64,000 nucleotides of DNA from Octopus sinensis (Eukaryota), in the NCBI RefSeq assembly GCF_006345805.1, contig NC_043000.1, positions 151,652,001-151,716,000 of the forward strand, in the 5' to 3' direction. The position numbers were made by a program, and so were the translations under genes. Position 1 is the stretch's first letter. Each line of letters starts with the position of its first letter. A model generated the notes under the pieces. It was not told where the DNA came from and searched no databases. It saw only the letters and a program-made list of their open reading frames with translations. Positions 37,690-51,994 of the stretch are shown here, in pieces.

Positions 37690-38330
37690 ATCAGGGAAGT
37701 GCTGCACTCTAACGGCAGAGGGGACCTGTGGAAGAGGTAGACCCAGAAAGGCATGGGACAAGGTGTTGAAGCATGATCTTTGAATGTCAGGCCTCACAGA
37801 AGCAATGATAAATGACTGAGACCTTTGATGATATGATGTGCTCGAGAAGACCTGTCAAGCCAAGTGAGATCATAATCATCGCTGGTGCCAGTGTCACATA
37901 ACTGGAACATAAAAAGCACCCTTCAAATGTTGAACAATATGCTGTGCTTGAGAAGACTTTTAAGCCAAGTGAAATCATGGTCAATACCAGTGCTGCCTGA
38001 CTGGCACCCATGCTGGTGGCACATAAAAAAGCACTGTTTGAGTGTTGGGCCTCACAGAGGCAGTGACAGGTGACCAAGGCCTTTGGCGATGTATTATGCT
38101 TGCGTAAACCTATCAAGCCAAATGAGATCACAGTTGTGGCCAATGCTGGTGTCAAATCAACAGCACCCATGCCAGTGGTATGTAAAAAGCACTTGGCATT
38201 AGGAAAAACATCTTACCATAGAGACCTTGCCAAATCAGATTGGAACCTAGTGCAGTTCCCTGGCTTACCAGTTTTAAGTCAAACCATCCAACCCATGCCA
38301 GCATAGAAAGCAGACATTAAACAATGATGA
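37690..38330 (+). mobile_element. RTE LINE 3' end: ORF2 C-terminus, modular 3' UTR and GAT tail
   Basis: GTCGRGRPRKAWDKVLKHDL...EKTCQAK* runs directly into aaaagcac modules and the shared terminal ~170 bp. Confidence 0.8.
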
Positions 38331-40724
38331 GGGACAAGGTAACTTTTCTAGAGCTGAGGCCAAAATGAAATACACATAGTACACTTGGTAAAGTGGATGG
38401 CAAATGAACAGGGATAATTTAAGGTAGAGAGGGCCCTTCAGGCTTTCTGAGGCAAAACCTCTTCAGGATTGGTACCACAATGAAATGCCCCCAGTACACT
38501 CTATAAAGCGTTTGATGTTAAAAAGGATATCCAGCCACAGAAGCCAAACTGAAAATGGAACATAAGAGCAAGACCTTCTAGCAGAGCAGTAACTCTGAAC
38601 AAGAACTGACTTGGGCCATGAAGACCTATCTAATCCATTTTTTATTTATTTATGTGCCCTTTTCAAGCCTAGCCAGGCTTATGGGTCCGGTTTCTGTGGT
38701 GTATGTGTTACCCCCAGCTGGATGGGACGCCAATCCATCGCAGCGTTTCTCAAGAAACAGGAAGAGAGAGTGAGAGAAAGTTGGGGGAAAAGAGTACAAC
38801 AGGGGTCGCCACCACCCCCTGCCGGAGCCTCATGGAGCTTTTAGGTGTTTTCGCTCAATAAACACACACAACGCCCGGTCTGGGAATCGAAACCGCAATC
38901 CTTCAACCGTGAGTCTGCTGCCCTAACCACTGGGCCATTGCACCTCCACTATCTAATCCATATCAGTAAAGAAAGCAGATGTAAAATAACGATGGTGGTG
39001 ATGAGTCTAATGTTTAATTTTAACAAAATTTAAACAAAAGCAGTACACATAAAATTAAAATGTGTCCTTAAGCACTGACTTTGTATTTGTTATCAGTGCT
39101 CTATTGTTAACATTATCAGGTTACATTTACTGGTAAGGAAAAGAGAAATGAGCACGGCCTTTGATGAAATTACCAAAGTGAATTGATTAAGATGCTTGAG
39201 AACTGATCCGAAAATTGAGTTTCATTCACTATCATCATTTTAACAGCCACTCTTCCATGCTCTCATGGATCAAATGGAGTTTGGTGAGACAGATTTTCTA
39301 TGGCTGGATGCCCTTCTTGTTTCCATATTTTCCCCATGACCAGACGTTTTCATTGAAATTTGATTACAAAGGGCAGACACCCAACACATACTGTAAAGTG
39401 GCTGGCGTTAGGAAGGGCATCCAGTCATAGAAACCAAGCCAAATCAGACTGAACCTGGTGCAGGTCTGGTCAAACTGCCCAACTCATGCCAGCATGGAAA
39501 ATGGATGTTGAAAGATGATGATGATGATGACAGAAACACTCTGTTATAACTATCATATGATGTCATGGCAAAGACACAATAAAACACACACACACATATA
39601 TGATGGACTTCTGTCAGTTTTTGCCTACCTGATCCACCTACAATGTTTTATTGAATTGATTACATCAGCAACATAATAAACAACATTATTTGCACCAATT
39701 GCCAACAAAAAGAAATACTTTCAAAGAAAAACTGAAGTGCACAGAATTTACTGTAGAATTAAAATCTACTAAAATAGAAAACAGGAGTAAACATATTAAA
39801 TGAAAGTTGGAGTGATTCACATCAGATTCTGAACAAGACTAAAACAGCATGAAAGAGGCATGGCTAAGTCAAGTAAGGCTCTTTTAAGAAACATGTTCTA
39901 TACTTTACCGAAAGAAACAAAACATTACTGTTATTAAAAGGATGATGGACAACACATCCTTCAACCAATATCATCATTTATGTCCTCCTTCTATGGGGTT
40001 GGAAAGTTTGATAGGCGCTGGCAGATCTGAAGACTGAGCCGAATTTTACTGTCTGCTATGGCATGGTCTCTATGGTTGGATGCTCTTCCTTTACAGGGTG
40101 TGCTGGGTGCTTTTCACATAGCACCAGCAACAGTGCGGTCGAGTAACTTACAAGACAAGGTCCCTCAATTGAGTGGGGTGTAGTTTTGAGGGAGGTGGCT
40201 TTGTGCCATGTGATGAGAGGTTAGAGTATGAATAGAGAGACAGAACTAGATGTTTTGCAGTAGAGGAGATACGTGGCACTACATACACTCAAATTGTAGG
40301 GAGGGGCATATAAGTGAAGTGGAACCACAAACTGCGTAAGGTGAATGGGTAGCTAAGTTCTCAAGATTGCAAAAGAAGAGTGGGGGATGGAGAGGAAAGA
40401 GAGCAGGGAGTGGACACAAGTTGAGGGAGTATGTTTTAGGAGGATATGGTAATACTAAAAACAAAATTCATACTCCAATAATGATGAGCCCACAAGGAGT
40501 CTCTATATAGTCCACTGACCTGCTAGAAATAGCAGGCAAATGTCCCTCAAATTACACCCTACTATTATAAATAAGGAAAATATAGATTGTATTATATATT
40601 TGTCTTACACTCCTTAAAAGACAGAATGGTCATGGCTAGAATGTCATTGATCATAGATCAGCTCAAATTTGAGTTGACTTGGATCTGAGACTATCATCAA
40701 AATGATGGTGAAATCACTATTATG

Positions 40725-40952
40725 TTAACCCTTTTGTTACCAACCCGGCTGAAACTGGCTCTGGCTCTCAGTACAAATATCTTGTTTTCATAAGTTTTTA
40801 ATTAAAATCTTCCACCAAACCTTAGTCACAATTTATGTTCCTAACACTAGCTGAATGATAACTAAGTTATTTTACTAAATTCTTTGTTATATTTAAAATA
40901 ATTGAAAGAAACACAGGGCATCACAAAATAAATACGGTAACAAAGGGGTTAA
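40725..40952. mobile_element. Second piggyBac-type MITE family
   Basis: TTAA|CCCTTTTGTTACC...GGTAACAAAGGGG|TTAA. Confidence 0.8.
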
Positions 40953-43069
40953 ATGCTGAGCCAACCTGAACTACACATTACCTGAAACAATAGAAGATTT
41001 AAAATGAAATCATGAGTCTCATTAATCCAAAATCAAATTCTCATACTAATAAAATATTATACATATGCTATAGTCTATTCCTTGGTCTATTTGACTTAAT
41101 GAGGTAGCTATACAATAATAAAAGAAAAGAAAATGTATAAAAATCTGTATCTCACAGCTGTCAGTATCAAAACTTAAATATATATTAGGTCAAGAATATA
41201 ACTTGTTCTGAAATAAAGGAACTAATTTTGGCAGTAAAATCGGTATGAAGGTTCATAAATTTTCTAGGGAAAAATACATCAGTAGTTCCCATTGCCATCA
41301 GCAGGTTTATTTATAGTTTATTCTGCTACTGTTCTATTCTCCCAAGCTTACCTTTGAAGCACATAGCCTACTTAACACTTAGGTAGGGACACTGGTTCAT
41401 ACAACATCAGGGTTTGGCCACATACTGACAGTCCTGTATGATATATGTTTGGTTGTTAGTCCTGCACAACATGGAAAATCTTGTTATTTGACTGATAACA
41501 GGCTCTGGACAGGTATTACCATTCCTGGCCAGGGCAGACATGATGGTGACTAAGAAATAACTCCATATTTCCCAGAACTCTTGAACTCCCAAACTGAAGT
41601 CTCGCTACTGAATACAGTTAACTATTTTAAAGAACTAAGGAAGACAGAGAGAGAAGATTTCCGATGACCTTATCAATGGGCTACAAAAAGTACCATGCAA
41701 CAACTTGTTAGGTAGTTCATGGGACAGAAAGTAATTTAAGTCCACAATCACCAATGCTTGTAGGCACAGCACATCAAGAAGAAATAAATTTCTTTGCAAA
41801 TTACAAAGTAATTCACTTTGCATATGAAAATGAGAAGTATATATATAAATCAAAACTGATTTGTAAACCAATGTTTATTTTCTGTTTAAGTTAAACAGTC
41901 TGATTTAGCACTATACATCAGATCTTATAGAAAATGTGTTTATGAAATGAATGCTATAGTAAATTCTCAGAAGTATTCATGACCTAATGAAGAATGTACA
42001 ACACAGTACCCATTGACAAATATATGGAATTAAATATAACAAAGTCATTTGATATAGCAAACCAATGTTCTTCAGTAGACTACATGCCACATGTATTAAC
42101 TTTTAATGTTAACATTTCAATTAGCTAGTCTTGTACAAAGGGTCTACTTTAGCAGAGCTAATCTAAGTTACCCAAAGACATAATAAGATATTATAAATAA
42201 TATTCCATTCCAAACTGAAATTAACAATGATGCAAGAGAACAGATGATTATTGAAACACATTATCTTTAGACAACTAGTCAAATGCCTTAACAATTCCTC
42301 AGACATGAGATGGATGACCTGAGAAAATAAGAGCTTGACACATTGAATATCTTAATGAGAAAAGAAGATTTGACAAAGAAAATTTAGGACAAATATTGAA
42401 AGAAATGCAGTGATGTCCAAGGAAAATTCATTGGAACTGAATAAATATGACTGGTTGATAATTAAGAGTAAAAGAATCAGAAATAGGGAGAAAAAAAAAA
42501 CAAATAGTTAACATCAACATAACTGTATACTCTCTCTTTTACTTGTTTCAGTTATTTGACTGTGGCCATGCTGGAGTACCGCTTTTAGTCAAGCAAATCA
42601 ACCCTAGGACTTATTCTTTGTAAGCCTAATACTTATTTTATCGGTCTCTTTTGCCGAACCGCTAAGTTACGGGGATGTAAACATACCAGCATCGGTTGTC
42701 AAGCGATGTTGGGGGGACAAACACAGACACACAAACATATGTATATACAAATATACGATGGGCTTCTTTCAGTTTCCATCTACCAAATCCACTTGCCCAA
42801 GGTGCAACACAGTGGGACTGAACCCAGAACTATGTGGTTTATAAGCAAGCTACTTACCACACAGCCACTCCTATGGCTATGTATATTCAGAAAACCCATT
42901 AAAGACAATATTAAGAAAGGATTATCAGATCAATAGCAGCAGCCAAGAAATAAGATATTTGGTAAAAAAAAATTCAAAAAGATTTTAGAAACAAAAAGTT
43001 GTTTTGTGTTGTTTTAAATAAGAAAAAGCATCATAAAATTTCTTTTAAATGTAGCAGAAATATACTTAC

Positions 43070-43170
43070 AGGACAATCACAACTAGGATAGTTTTCTGGC
43101 ATTTTAAGCAAAAACCGAAATATTCCACCTTGGTACATTCCTTTCCGTATAAATAATATTCCATTCCAAA
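43070..43170 (-). CDS. AKTIP: AKTIP coding exon 3
   Basis: aatttcag|(V)WNGILFIRKGMYQGGIFRFLLKMPENYPSCDCP|gtaagt; UBC-fold W-G--F-R-G-Y--G-F-F----P--YP pattern; 101 nt. Confidence 0.94.
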
Positions 43171-44548
43171 CTGAAATTAACAATGATGCAAGAGAACAGT
43201 TGATTAATGTCTTTTTAATGAGATTTTGATGAAAACAAAAAATTCATTTAAATATTTGCAAGCTTTTGCTCAAAAGATCAGGCAGCCATCTCAAAAGCTA
43301 AAATTGCTGGGGGTGGGGGATTATGCAACACATAAGAGAGGATACAAATTAATTCTAAATAAAATATTTACTCAGCCATTCTCAGAAATAACTTAGAATC
43401 TATAATCAGTAGAGAAGAAACATGGGTTTGAATAAAAAAAAAAAGTACTGCAATTTCAACCTAGTTGGATCTATTGAATTTTTGTAGTCAGGCGGTGCTC
43501 CAGCATGGCCACAGTCAAATGACTGAAACAAGTAAAAGAGTATAGAACCATATATTTAACAAGACTAAATAAATTATGCATTCTTAGAAAGATTTTATAT
43601 GCCAAACGCGGAAGGGCATCCAGCTGTAGAAACTCTGCCAGATCAAGACTGGAGCCTGGTGCAGCCATCTGGTTCGCCAGCCCTCAGTCAAAACCGTCCA
43701 ACCTATGCTAGCATGGAAAACGTACGTTAAATGATGATGATATATTATCTCCAACATCATTTTATATCCATTTTTCCATGCTGGCAGGAGTTAGATATAA
43801 CTGTCTCATCCTTTATTTTTGACTCTTTTATCTAACATACAGTGACTGAGACCTTTGGTGATATGCCATGCTCGAGAGGACCTGTGAAGCCGAGTGAAAC
43901 CATAGTCATGGCGGATACTGGTGTCATGTAACTGATACCCATGCTTGTGGCACATAAAAAGCACCCATTACACTCTTGGAGTAGTAGATGTTTGGAAGGA
44001 TATCCAGCTGTAGAAACCCATGCTAAATCAGATTGGGACCTGGTGCAGCCCTCCAGCTTACCAGTTTCAGTCAAACCATCCAACCCATGCCAGCATGGAA
44101 GGAAGATGCTAAACAATGATAATAAAACAACAGAGAAAACTAAGCAACAAAGTCATGTTTGCTTCCAGCATAGTTTTTATAACTAGATGAACTTCTTATC
44201 ACCAAATACTTTACAATTTGGATTGGGTGCATTATTAATCCTGCCACTAGCACAAAACAAGTTATCTTCAACATGACTCTTGTCCCTTCAACACTGCCAA
44301 CTTTTCATTATTTACTTCCTTTTGCAGGCTTCACAGCTGGATAACATTTTACAGAGTGTAGTGGATGTATTATCATGGCACCAGCACAAGAGTGCTTGTC
44401 ACTCTAGTCAAGATTAAAGGATCTTCTCATCTTTATGTTGGCTTTCTTTATTCACTAATCCTGGGTGCATTTCACTGTGGCACTAGCTGTAGTGAGGTTG
44501 TTTTGTACCCAGCTAGACTAAAGGGTCCCCACTACTCTATATGGTCTT

Positions 44549-44945
44549 CATTTACTCTTTTACTAGTTTCAGTCATTTTGACTGTAGCCATGCTGGAGCA
44601 CCACCTTTAGTCAAGCAAATCGCCCCCAGGACTTATTCTTTGGAAGCCTAGTACTTATTCTATCGGTCTCTTTTGTTGAACCGCTAAGTTACGGGAACGT
44701 AAACACACCACCATCGGTTGTCAAGCGATGTTGGGGGACAAACACAGACACACAAACATATACATACACATACATATATATACATACGACGGGCTTCTTT
44801 CAGTTTTTGTCTACCAAATCCACTCACAAGGCTTTGGTCGGCCCAAGGCTATAGTAGAAGACACTTGCCCAAGGTGCTACGCAGTGGGACTGAACCCGGT
44901 ACCATGTGGTTGGTAAACAAGCTACTTACCACACAGCCACTCTTG
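44549..44945 (-). mobile_element. SINE family A (older variant)
   Basis: Older diagnostic bases (ggctttgg, ttgggggac). Similar older copies at about 2698, 4960, 35310, 42530, 54525, 60077. Confidence 0.8.
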
Positions 44946-45414
44946 TTCAACATAATTTGACAAAGAGAGTAAACAGAGGAGTGTGACGACAGAAGAGGAG
45001 CCAGGACAAATGAGTAAAAGAACAGAGAGTATGACACTAGAAACTGGGTGATTGGAGAGGACAACAGTAGAGCAAGGATTAATTGAAGAGGTTGACAATG
45101 GTGACAGCATCATGTCTACTGGTAAGAGAGTGACAGAAAGCAAGTAATGGATAGTAATAGAGAAGGGCAATGGCATAAGGGAGTAATGGATCTCAATAGG
45201 AAGAGAGGGATTGGCGGGTAGCAGTCCAGAAGAGTGATGGTAGAGTGTACTGCATATGACCCCATCCAATGCAATCCTGTGTTATACAGGTATCATGATG
45301 AAAGAGAGAGGTAGAGTTATAAGGACGATGGGAGGAAGTTGAATGTAGACAAGTCCAATGTCATCCACTGTTATGCAGACATCATGATATAATAAATAGG
45401 AGAGAAAGTTGTTA

Positions 45415-45816
45415 GGCGCAGGAGTGGCTGTGTGGTAAGTAGCTTGCTAACCAACCACATGGTTCTGGGTTCAATCCCACTGCGTGGCATCTTGAGCAAG
45501 TGTCTTCTGCTATAGACCCGGGCTGACCAATGCCTTGTGAGTGGATTTGGTAGACGGAAACTGAAAGAAGCCTGTCGTATATATGTATATATATATATAT
45601 GTTTGTGTGTCTGTGTTTGTCCCCCTAGCATTGCTTGACAATCGATGCTGGTGTGTGTTTACGTCTCCGTCACTTAGCGGTTCGGCAAAAGAGACCGATA
45701 GAATAAGTACTGGGCTTACAAAGAATAATTCCCGGGGTCGATTTGCTCGATCGACTGAAGGCGGTGCTCCAGCATGGCCGCAGTCAAATGACTGAAAAGA
45801 GTAAAAGAGTAAAGAG
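45415..45816 (+). mobile_element. SINE family A, young subfamily
   Basis: Full length. Confidence 0.85.
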
Positions 45817-45919
45817 ATGAAATAGTGTAATGGTGAAGGACAGTAGATGGAGACATAACAGAAATACAATGGATGGAAGACTGAAAGATAGACACACATC
45901 ATCCATCCCAATCTCCATC

Positions 45920-46960
45920 ACTACCACTATTTTTAATATTGGCTTCACCAACCTTGCACAGATGGGCTGGTCTTCTCTAGCACTGCATGTCACTAATCAT
46001 CACAGACCTTGAGGCACATCTTGAGATCTGTCTTCCCCACTTCATCCCATGTTTTTTCTCTTCTACAGGGTCCAGCAACTGTGAGCACTTGATAATTGTT
46101 TATATAAATATTATCCTCCTTATAAATCACATGTCAAAACCAATGCAGTTTCCTCTCTTGCAAACTACATCTCATTCCTCTCAGATCATTTGTACTTCAT
46201 CCTTCATGCAATATTAACATTACACATCCAGCAGAGTATGCTAATTTCATTTCTTTCTAGTATTCACAAATCCTCTACATTCAAGGCCCACATCTAGCTA
46301 GCATGAAGTATCATACTTCATACACAAGCACCCTAAAATCTGCTCTTCATTTGCTATCAACTTTAATGACAGGTCTCTCTTTGGGTCTACTTGGAGAAGG
46401 GCCTGTATTTTCCATACATTCTCCTCAATCAACAACCATAAAACATTTCCAATTCCTTTCCTTTTCAACGTTGGCAAGGGCAAGCGTATTACTATTATTC
46501 TGTAGACATTTCTTTCCAAAGATGTCACAATTCTCCTTAGTACACTGCTTTGCAATTCAGATTTCCTCACTCCTCTGATCCTCATGTCACAAGCCATCTA
46601 AACCTTTTATTTCCTGCTTCTCCCTTTGCTAAGCATACTTAATGTCCAACTTCTTTTCTCACTACTTAGTATTCTTTTCTGCCGTGCAGTTTCTTCTAGT
46701 CTTCTCAAGTCAGTTCCCTTAACTTTTATAGTTCTATCTACAGTTTATTACACCACCATATCACCTTCCCATTGGTTGGATCCTTGCACTCAATCAATCT
46801 GCTTTGTAGCCCTCAGTTTTCCCCTTTGTTACAAGTCTCTATTTACTCCTGATGCCCATCATATATATCAATTAGATCTTCTCTGAACCTCTGACTGATT
46901 GTGTGTTCTTTTAGATTCCCTGTCTTCTGTCTCTAGATTGTCTTCTATCTTTTATTGTAA
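45920..46960 (-). mobile_element. Decayed RTE LINE ORF2 fragment (APE-RT linker)
   Basis: Fragmented frames resembling recalled RTE linker (KVIWWCN..DR.IK, LEGPV...SLKLI). Confidence 0.6.
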
Positions 46961-46977
46961 AATCTATATATATATAT

Positions 46978-47365
46978 ATCATCATCATCATCATCATTTA
47001 ACGTCCGCTTTCCATGCTAGCATGGGTTGGACGGTTCAACTGGGGTCTGGGGAGCCCGAAAGCTGCACCAGTCCAGTCAGATCTGGCAGTGTTTCTACAG
47101 CTGGATGCTCTTCCTAACGCCAACCACTCCGAGAGTGTAGTGGGTGATTTTATGTGCCACCGACACAGGTGCCAGACGAGGCTGGCAGACGGCCACGCTC
47201 GGATGGTGTTTTTATGTGCCACCGACACAGGTGCCAGATGAGGCTGGCAAACGGCCACGATCGGATGGTGTTTGTTACGTGCCCACAGCACGGAGGCCAG
47301 TCGATGCGGTACTGGCTACGGCCACGTTCGGATGGTTTTCTTGTGTGCCACGTGCCACTGGTACC
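46978..47365 (-). mobile_element. RTE 3' UTR copy with several tandem modules
   Basis: Two near-identical ttttatgtgccaccgacacaggtgccaga...ggccacg.tcggatggtg units plus related ones. Confidence 0.8.
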
Positions 47366-49791
47366 ACAAAGATACAAATTCCATTGATGTTCATCTATTT
47401 TGATTTGTTTTGATTTGATTTGACCAGAGGTGACTCCAGGTCATCAGTGTCACTCGGGCTTGTCACAGATTTTGCATAAGACACATGCCTGCTCGAAGAA
47501 TTTCACATTTTCCTGCTTTATTTCTAACCCCAAATGGCTTATTTTTTTATATCTAGCACTACATCTTTCTCCATTTCTAAGTTAAGGGTAAAAATAAAGC
47601 AACCTTGCGAAACACAATTGATCTTTACACATAGATGCACAGAATAACAGCAATCATATAATAGTGGAGTGCACAACAAGCATCAGCAATATGACTGTCG
47701 CCTGTACTTTTGACAAGAGACACCAGTTAGTCTTTTACACCTACCAGGCTCGTTTGTATTAGCCAGAGTTGCTGCATAATTTTTCATTCCTCTAAGAATA
47801 TTGTAAAATGGAAACTTTTCATAGATTGGAATTTAAATCCTCATTGTTTCAAGAAAACATTGAATTTGAATTACTTTTAATTTTTATGATTATAGATAAC
47901 AACTTGGGCTGTAACTTCTGAGCCCAATGTCTGAGAATGATGTTGAGAGAACATCTACTACGAATGATATTTTCTGACACAGGGCACCTCTAAGACGACC
48001 ACCAGATGCTGAAGGAAAATAAGGAAACTGCAACCAGGCTCAATAAAAGGAGCCGGTGTTACTGGCTGCAAATACTTGAAGTCAGTGTTGGCAGAATTTA
48101 AATCAGCTGGCAAATGTATGTTCACTTTCTAAATTTATACTTGGGCTAAGCCCAAACAGCCCGAGTGCCAGAGTTGCCACTGATATATACATATATGTAT
48201 ACTTGGCACACCGTAGGTTATGATGATGAGGGTTCCAGTTGATCCAATCAACAGAATAGCCTGCTCATGAAATTAACATGCAAGTGGTTGAGCACTCCAT
48301 AGACACATGTACCCTTAACATAGTTCTTAGGGAGATTCAGGGTGACACAGAATGTGATAAGGTTGGACCTTTGAAATACAGGTACTACTTATTTTTTGCC
48401 TTGAACACAGCTGTGCATGCACACTCAGCTTCAACGTTCTAACTCACTTCCACTGTCTACAGCAGTGCTTGGAAGGAAGGTGTGTAGCATGTGATTGCTG
48501 CATTAACCATGACAGAAAGGCTATATCTGAAAACACTCACCCAAGATGCCATGCAGAGAAACATGTGGCTGGAAAGCAAACATCTCACCACACAGCCACA
48601 CCTCCAACAGTATGTATATGTGGGTATGGATGGATGGATGTTAGTATCTCCTTGTCTTGACACTACATCATATGTTGTTGCAAATAATTGTCACTCTCAT
48701 ACAAGCACTTCCAAAATCTGTGAGAACATGTCTGGCCATGGAGAAATATTATCTTGCTTGGAGGAAGGTGAGGGTTGGGGACAGGAAGGGCATCCAACTG
48801 CAGAAAATCTGCCTCAATAAACTCTGACCCATTGGAAAGTGGATGTTAAAATAATGCAGTAGCACATAAAAAGCACATTCCGATCGTGGCCGTTTGCCAG
48901 CCTCATCTGGCACCTGTGCAGGTGGCACATAAAAAGCACCCACTATACTCACGGAGTGGTTGGCGTTAGGAAGGGCATCCAGCTGTAGAAACTCTGCCAG
49001 ATCAGACTGGGCCTGGTGCAGCCTTCTAGCTTCCCAGACCCTAGTTGCACCGTCCAACCCATGTTAGCATGGAAAACGGACGTTAAACGATGATGATGAT
49101 GATGATGATTTCTAAGACTACATTTTCCAATGTGTCTTCTCATTTTTTTGTTTTTGTTTTAAGATAGTAGAGTGTGTGATTCAAGGAAGATTTGGCTGAT
49201 ATTTCTAGTAGATCAAATGACAGGGTAGAGGCTGCCTTTTTGGCTCAAATGAATTAAAATTGCTTGTGGTGACAGTAAAAAGGATAAGGTGTGAGAAGTA
49301 TCACTATGAAATAGTTTTGAACAAAGAACATGAATGGGAAAAAGAGGGGATATCAAGAAGCCTCTAAATGAGTATTCAAACTGCAAGAAACAGGAACCAA
49401 ATCTCCTTCATGTAGCTAGCAGCCTATTGTCTTTAAAAAAACAGAGCATGTTGAAGAGTACAGTCCCTGATATACAAATAGATTATTATAAGGCTTCACA
49501 ATAACAACACTACAGAAATCAGAGTAGAGACTAGGGTAAGATATATGCTCAAAGACCAACTTAACAGAATAAGTTGCAGCTTCTTTGAGGATAGTTGCTG
49601 AAATACCAATTGTATCAAGTTATGTCAGTACTATTTTAGTAACTTGCTTAGGTTATAAATAAATTTAAAAAGGTACTATCCTTCATCATTACCTACAATG
49701 AAAGTAACAAAATCTTCTTGTAAAGAATAAAGAATTAGTTTCCATAGAATGTAATGTAGATTTGTAATAGGATTTGGACACATATACCTTA

Positions 49792-50154
49792 CTAGTAGTA
49801 TTGTCTGGCATTGCTCGGGTTTGTTTCGACCCTTTAGAATTGGCATTTTCGAAAAGTAAAAATCTTGCATTATGTAGCTTGTTATCCTCTTTAAGTGAAC
49901 ATTTTTCTGGTTGAAATACACCAAAAAATGGCAACATAGCAGTAAAAAAATCGTTAAAAATAGGGATTTTCATTAAAAAAAAGCACCTTTTTGATGTAAA
50001 TAATTTTTGGTCTTAACATGGTCCGATTTGAATTTTTTCTTCTATGGAAGGAAGAGCAAGCCTTCTTCTATCATACTCTCAATTTTGGTCAACTTGCACC
50101 GCAGGGTCTCACCTGCTATACACAGACAACTTCAGCTTTATATATAGAGAGAGA
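49792..50154 (-). mobile_element. Related Helitron family, degraded
   Basis: CTAG end with decayed gcattgctcgggtttg hairpin and ctttatatataga 5' end; different interior. Confidence 0.6.
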
Positions 50155-51994
50155 TTTCTAGCATCAGTTCTTAATCATGAACAGCTACATTTTGCATTTG
50201 TTGCCCAAGAGAAGACCATCAACAGGATTATAGAATCAATAGTTTTCTAAGTACTGAGAAAGCTATTTCAGGTTATACCTGAGGAAATTTGAAGTTTGAG
50301 ATTGCCAGTAAATTCATATAGATGAAAATAATCCAGAGCTTTACCCTTAGCCCTTTCCATCATCATCATCATCATCATCATTTAGCATCTATTTTCCATG
50401 CTGGCATAGATAAGACAGTTTCATTGGAACTGGTAAGCTGGAGAGCTGCATCAGGCTCCAGTCTGTTTTGACTTGGTTTCTACAGCTGGATGCCCTTCCT
50501 AATGCCAACCACTGGCGTTAGGAAGAGCATCCAGCTGTAGAAACTCTGCCAGATCAAGATTGAAGCCTGGTGCAGCCATCTGGTTCGCCAGTCCTCAGTC
50601 AAATCGTCTAACCCATGCTAGCATAGAAAGCAGATGTTAAACGATGGTGATGTCTCCATAGAGTGTATTAGGTGTCTTTTACATGTCACTGGTATGGATG
50701 CCTTTTATGTGTCACTGGCATGGGTGCCTCTCACGTGTCACCAGCACTGGTTACAACTATGATTTCACTTAGCTTGACATATCTTCTCAAGCACAGCAAA
50801 TCACCAAAGTTTAATTCAATAATTCGTGTTGTATAATATTCTAACTGTCTCATTTTGGGACACTATATTTAAATAGGTTAGGACTGAATAACTGAATAAT
50901 TCTTACTGTAGAATTTTATATGCTAATGACCAAATTCTTATTACAAAGCTGCAGAAAACAGAAAAAATTCTAAAGACTAAAGCTCCTGTTAGTAGCAGAT
51001 GGCAGAAAAATGCAGTGTTATCTGAAAAGTAACTTTGCACATTAACTACAAATGGAGTAGATAAAAACTCAATATTTTATGTATTTAATGCATGCAATGC
51101 ACATTCAAAAAGTGCTGTGAATCTTTGAGCCACAACTTTAGAAGTAGTTTGAAGTAAAAGCAGACTTCAAATTACTCAGGTAGCTTGCAAGAAATTACAG
51201 GTAATTGCAATGGAGATGTGGTTAATGCAAAGATGGATTTAGGGAAAATATGGTAGCAGGGAGCTCTTATCTTTTCTAGGTTTTAAGGTTTTCTCTCTTC
51301 ATGCAAAAGATAGGCTCAATGGAGAGGTTTTTCTAACGAGCCTAAAGCCATACAGTTGTGAAATGTACGTGATCAGAGCACAGAATCACAAAGGCTGCCT
51401 AAAATTGAGCCGTGCATGATTCACTGAATTATGCAACAGTTTATATGAAAGACTAACAGTAAATTCAGAGGAAAATATCTTGGATCAAATGCATTGGTCA
51501 ATGTGTGCAAAAAAGGCAGCTATGGTGGTCTAGATATATAGCACAAATAGATACTATAGGCTAGGTGAAATATGAGTAGGAGTTAACTGATGCAGAAACA
51601 GTCCATAAAAAAAAGAGAGTTGATAAGAAATGGTAAGGACAAATCAAAGAATGATGAGCATCACAGATGGGATAACGTAGGACCATAATGACAGGAAATA
51701 CATTGCCTAGCAGAGCTGTCCAATCTATGCCAATTGAGACAATGATGATGGTAATGAACTTGTATCTTTACCATTTTCTAAATACATAAACAGAACAGTC
51801 GCCTCCAGAGCCTGATCTCACTCCTGTATATCTCAGTTGTTTTCAGTTCCTAAATACAATAGAAAAATTATCATTTTCAAAGATCAATTTTTAGCAGCAC
51901 TTCTGTATCTAAACTGTTTCTAACTTGGCAGTTATTTCATTAAAACACTGTTCTAACCATGCAAAATGATTCATGAACAACAACTCTGTCAAAG

